Shown: in pieces, positions 62,190-64,000 of the stretch | How the letters are laid out: each line of letters starts with the position of its first letter | How positions within the stretch are numbered: position 1 is the stretch's first letter | DNA from: Harriotta raleighana | Taxonomy: Eukaryota | DNA: 64,000 nt | NCBI GenBank assembly: GCA_050575255.1 | Contig: JBNZDD010013670.1 | Location: 1,890,562 to 1,954,561, forward strand | Direction: 5' to 3' | Position numbers and translations under genes: made by a program | Notes under the pieces: model-generated | The model's input: the letters and a program-made list of their open reading frames with translations, nothing else | Database searches by the model: none | What the model was told of the DNA's origin: nothing

Positions 62190-63600
62190 TGCCTCTGACA
62201 AATGAATTGCCACACCTCGCCCATCCATCCAAAGCCAACTGCAAGGCGATGCTGGACTTCCCTGAAACCAAAGTCAAGGGGATATCTTCAGCTGCTTTTG
62301 CCCTTCCGTTTATTACCCTCTTCTCATTTCCCTCTCACACCCCGGCCACTATGCTTCCCTCCCTCTACACGTTCAAACCTGTCTCCCACTCCACTCTCAC
62401 CACCTCTATAACCCACATGAAACAAATCATCTGCTCCCTCGACTCAATTCCTATTCCTCTTCTTACCTCCCACTCCACCTCCTTGCCCCTCTATAAACAG
62501 ACATCATAAACCTCTCCCTGTCCACTGGCACTGTATTCACAACATTAAGAAATGTCCATAAGCATTGCTACCCTTAAAAAACCCCTCCCTGGACTAATTC
62601 TCCGCTCTGAAATTACCGCCCCATCTGGGACCTGCTTTTCCCAAGATCCGGGAATGGATCATTGCTTCCCAGCTTCGCTTCTTCCTCTTCTACCATTCCT
62701 CTTATGACCTCTTCAATTGGATTTCAATGCCACCCACAGCACAGAAATAGCTTTGCTCAAAGTGACAAATGACATTCAATATCTGTCTGCTCCCTCTTGG
62801 TTATATCATTCGCAGTCAATTTCCACATGTATGCAGATGAAACCCAACTCTACCTTTCTGGGTTCACCATTGATTTCAGGTCCACTGCTGTCATGACAGA
62901 ATGTCTGTCAGATATCAAGTCCAGGATGAGAGCTAACTTTCTTTGGTTGAACATCAACAAGAACAAAACTCTCCTGATTGGTTTTCACACCACAGTCATT
63001 GATGGCATCACCATCAAAGGATGCACACTATACCTTATTAATCCAGTCCGGAACGTAGGCACCTTGTTTGATGCTTAACTATCCTTTCTACCCCACATCT
63101 GTGCCATGACCCGCTCTGCCCTCTCTCACCTCTGCAACATTGCCTGGCCCTGCCATTGTCTCACACCACAGGCCACCAATCACCTCATACAAGCATTCAT
63201 AACATCCAAGATTGACTGTGCAACTGGCCTGCAAGTCAACCTCCCCAATTCCTCCCTCCATAGGGTGCAAATCATCCAGAACTCTGAAACCCATGTCCTC
63301 TCCCGCACTAGACTCCATGATCCTCGTGGTCTCCAGCCTGCTTGAAGTCCCCACCATTGGTGGGTGCACCTTTAGCTTTCAGTCCCCACCCTCTGAAACT
63401 CGATCCCAGAGTACCTCAATCTCGCCTCCTCCCTTGCTTCCTTCAGGACCCATGGCAAGACTCTTTTCTTTGGCCATGCTTTCGATCACCCTCCTTCTAC
63501 CCTCTGCTCTCCACATGCCCCAATCTCGAACCCTTGCTCGAGTCTGAAACACTGACTGTCCAGCCTCTTGGGATGCCCTCCCAATGTTGTAGTTGTCATA
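62190..63600 (+). mobile_element. Decayed L2 LINE
   Basis: Peptides CSLDSIPIPLL, VNFHMYADETQLYL, CLSDIKSRMRANFLWLNINK, LIQAFITSKID, VQIIQNS, ending in an L2-type tail. Confidence 0.92.
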
Positions 63601-63719
63601 AACACCAATTTCTCCAGGGAATCCCCTGAACGTCGCACAGAGTTGTGAAACCTTAGCTCATACCCGAGATCTCATTTTAACCAATATCTTCCGACTGCAC
63701 AATATAGGGTATCAACTAA

Positions 63720-63990
63720 CATATTTTCTTTGGGTGAGACATCAAAATTGATGTCCTGACTTCTTGTTCTAGTCTTTGTTAAAGATCCGATTGCACTTTT
63801 CAACAAGAGAGGGGAGTTTCTGGCTGTGTTCTGACCAACAATCCCCCAAATAAACTTGATCATTCACTTCAGAACTATTGAATATTCGTGTGCACAAATT
63901 GGCTGCAGAATTTATCTACAAAATACTGTATGTGTATTTCCATTATGCAGCCAATTACCTGTGAAGCTTTTTAAGATGCTGTGAAGTTAT
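63720..63990 (+). mobile_element. Deu-domain SINE fragment
   Basis: taaagatccgattgcactttt...aagagaggggagtttc...gaccaacaatcccc...gtgcacaaattggctgc. Confidence 0.65.
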
Positions 63991-64000
63991 AAGCATGGAT

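Overview
AT-rich, repeat-dense vertebrate genomic DNA. The mix of L2 and CR1 LINEs, Deu-domain and tRNA-derived SINEs, Tigger-like MITEs and a Penelope remnant best fits a cartilaginous fish, possibly a chimaera; this is an inference. I recognise no intact protein-coding gene, rRNA, true tRNA or CRISPR array. Every informative ORF is a decayed LINE fragment or low-complexity sequence, so the window is most likely intergenic or inside a long intron. Five of the seven single-N positions join head-to-tail near-duplicates, including a 1327-bp one; these look like uncollapsed haplotypes. I cannot support a claim of a new biological system. The best leads are a ~350-bp foldback palindrome (45.8-46.2 kb), an AG|GTAAGT site beside a perfect 20-bp hairpin (43.9 kb), a 6-nt microexon candidate (26.1 kb), a composite SINE-core/L2-tail element present twice, a candidate solo LTR with a 6-bp TSD, a decayed Penelope hammerhead, and several nested insertions that order the transposon history. 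Boundaries of decayed repeats are approximate, and family names come from recalled motifs, not database searches.
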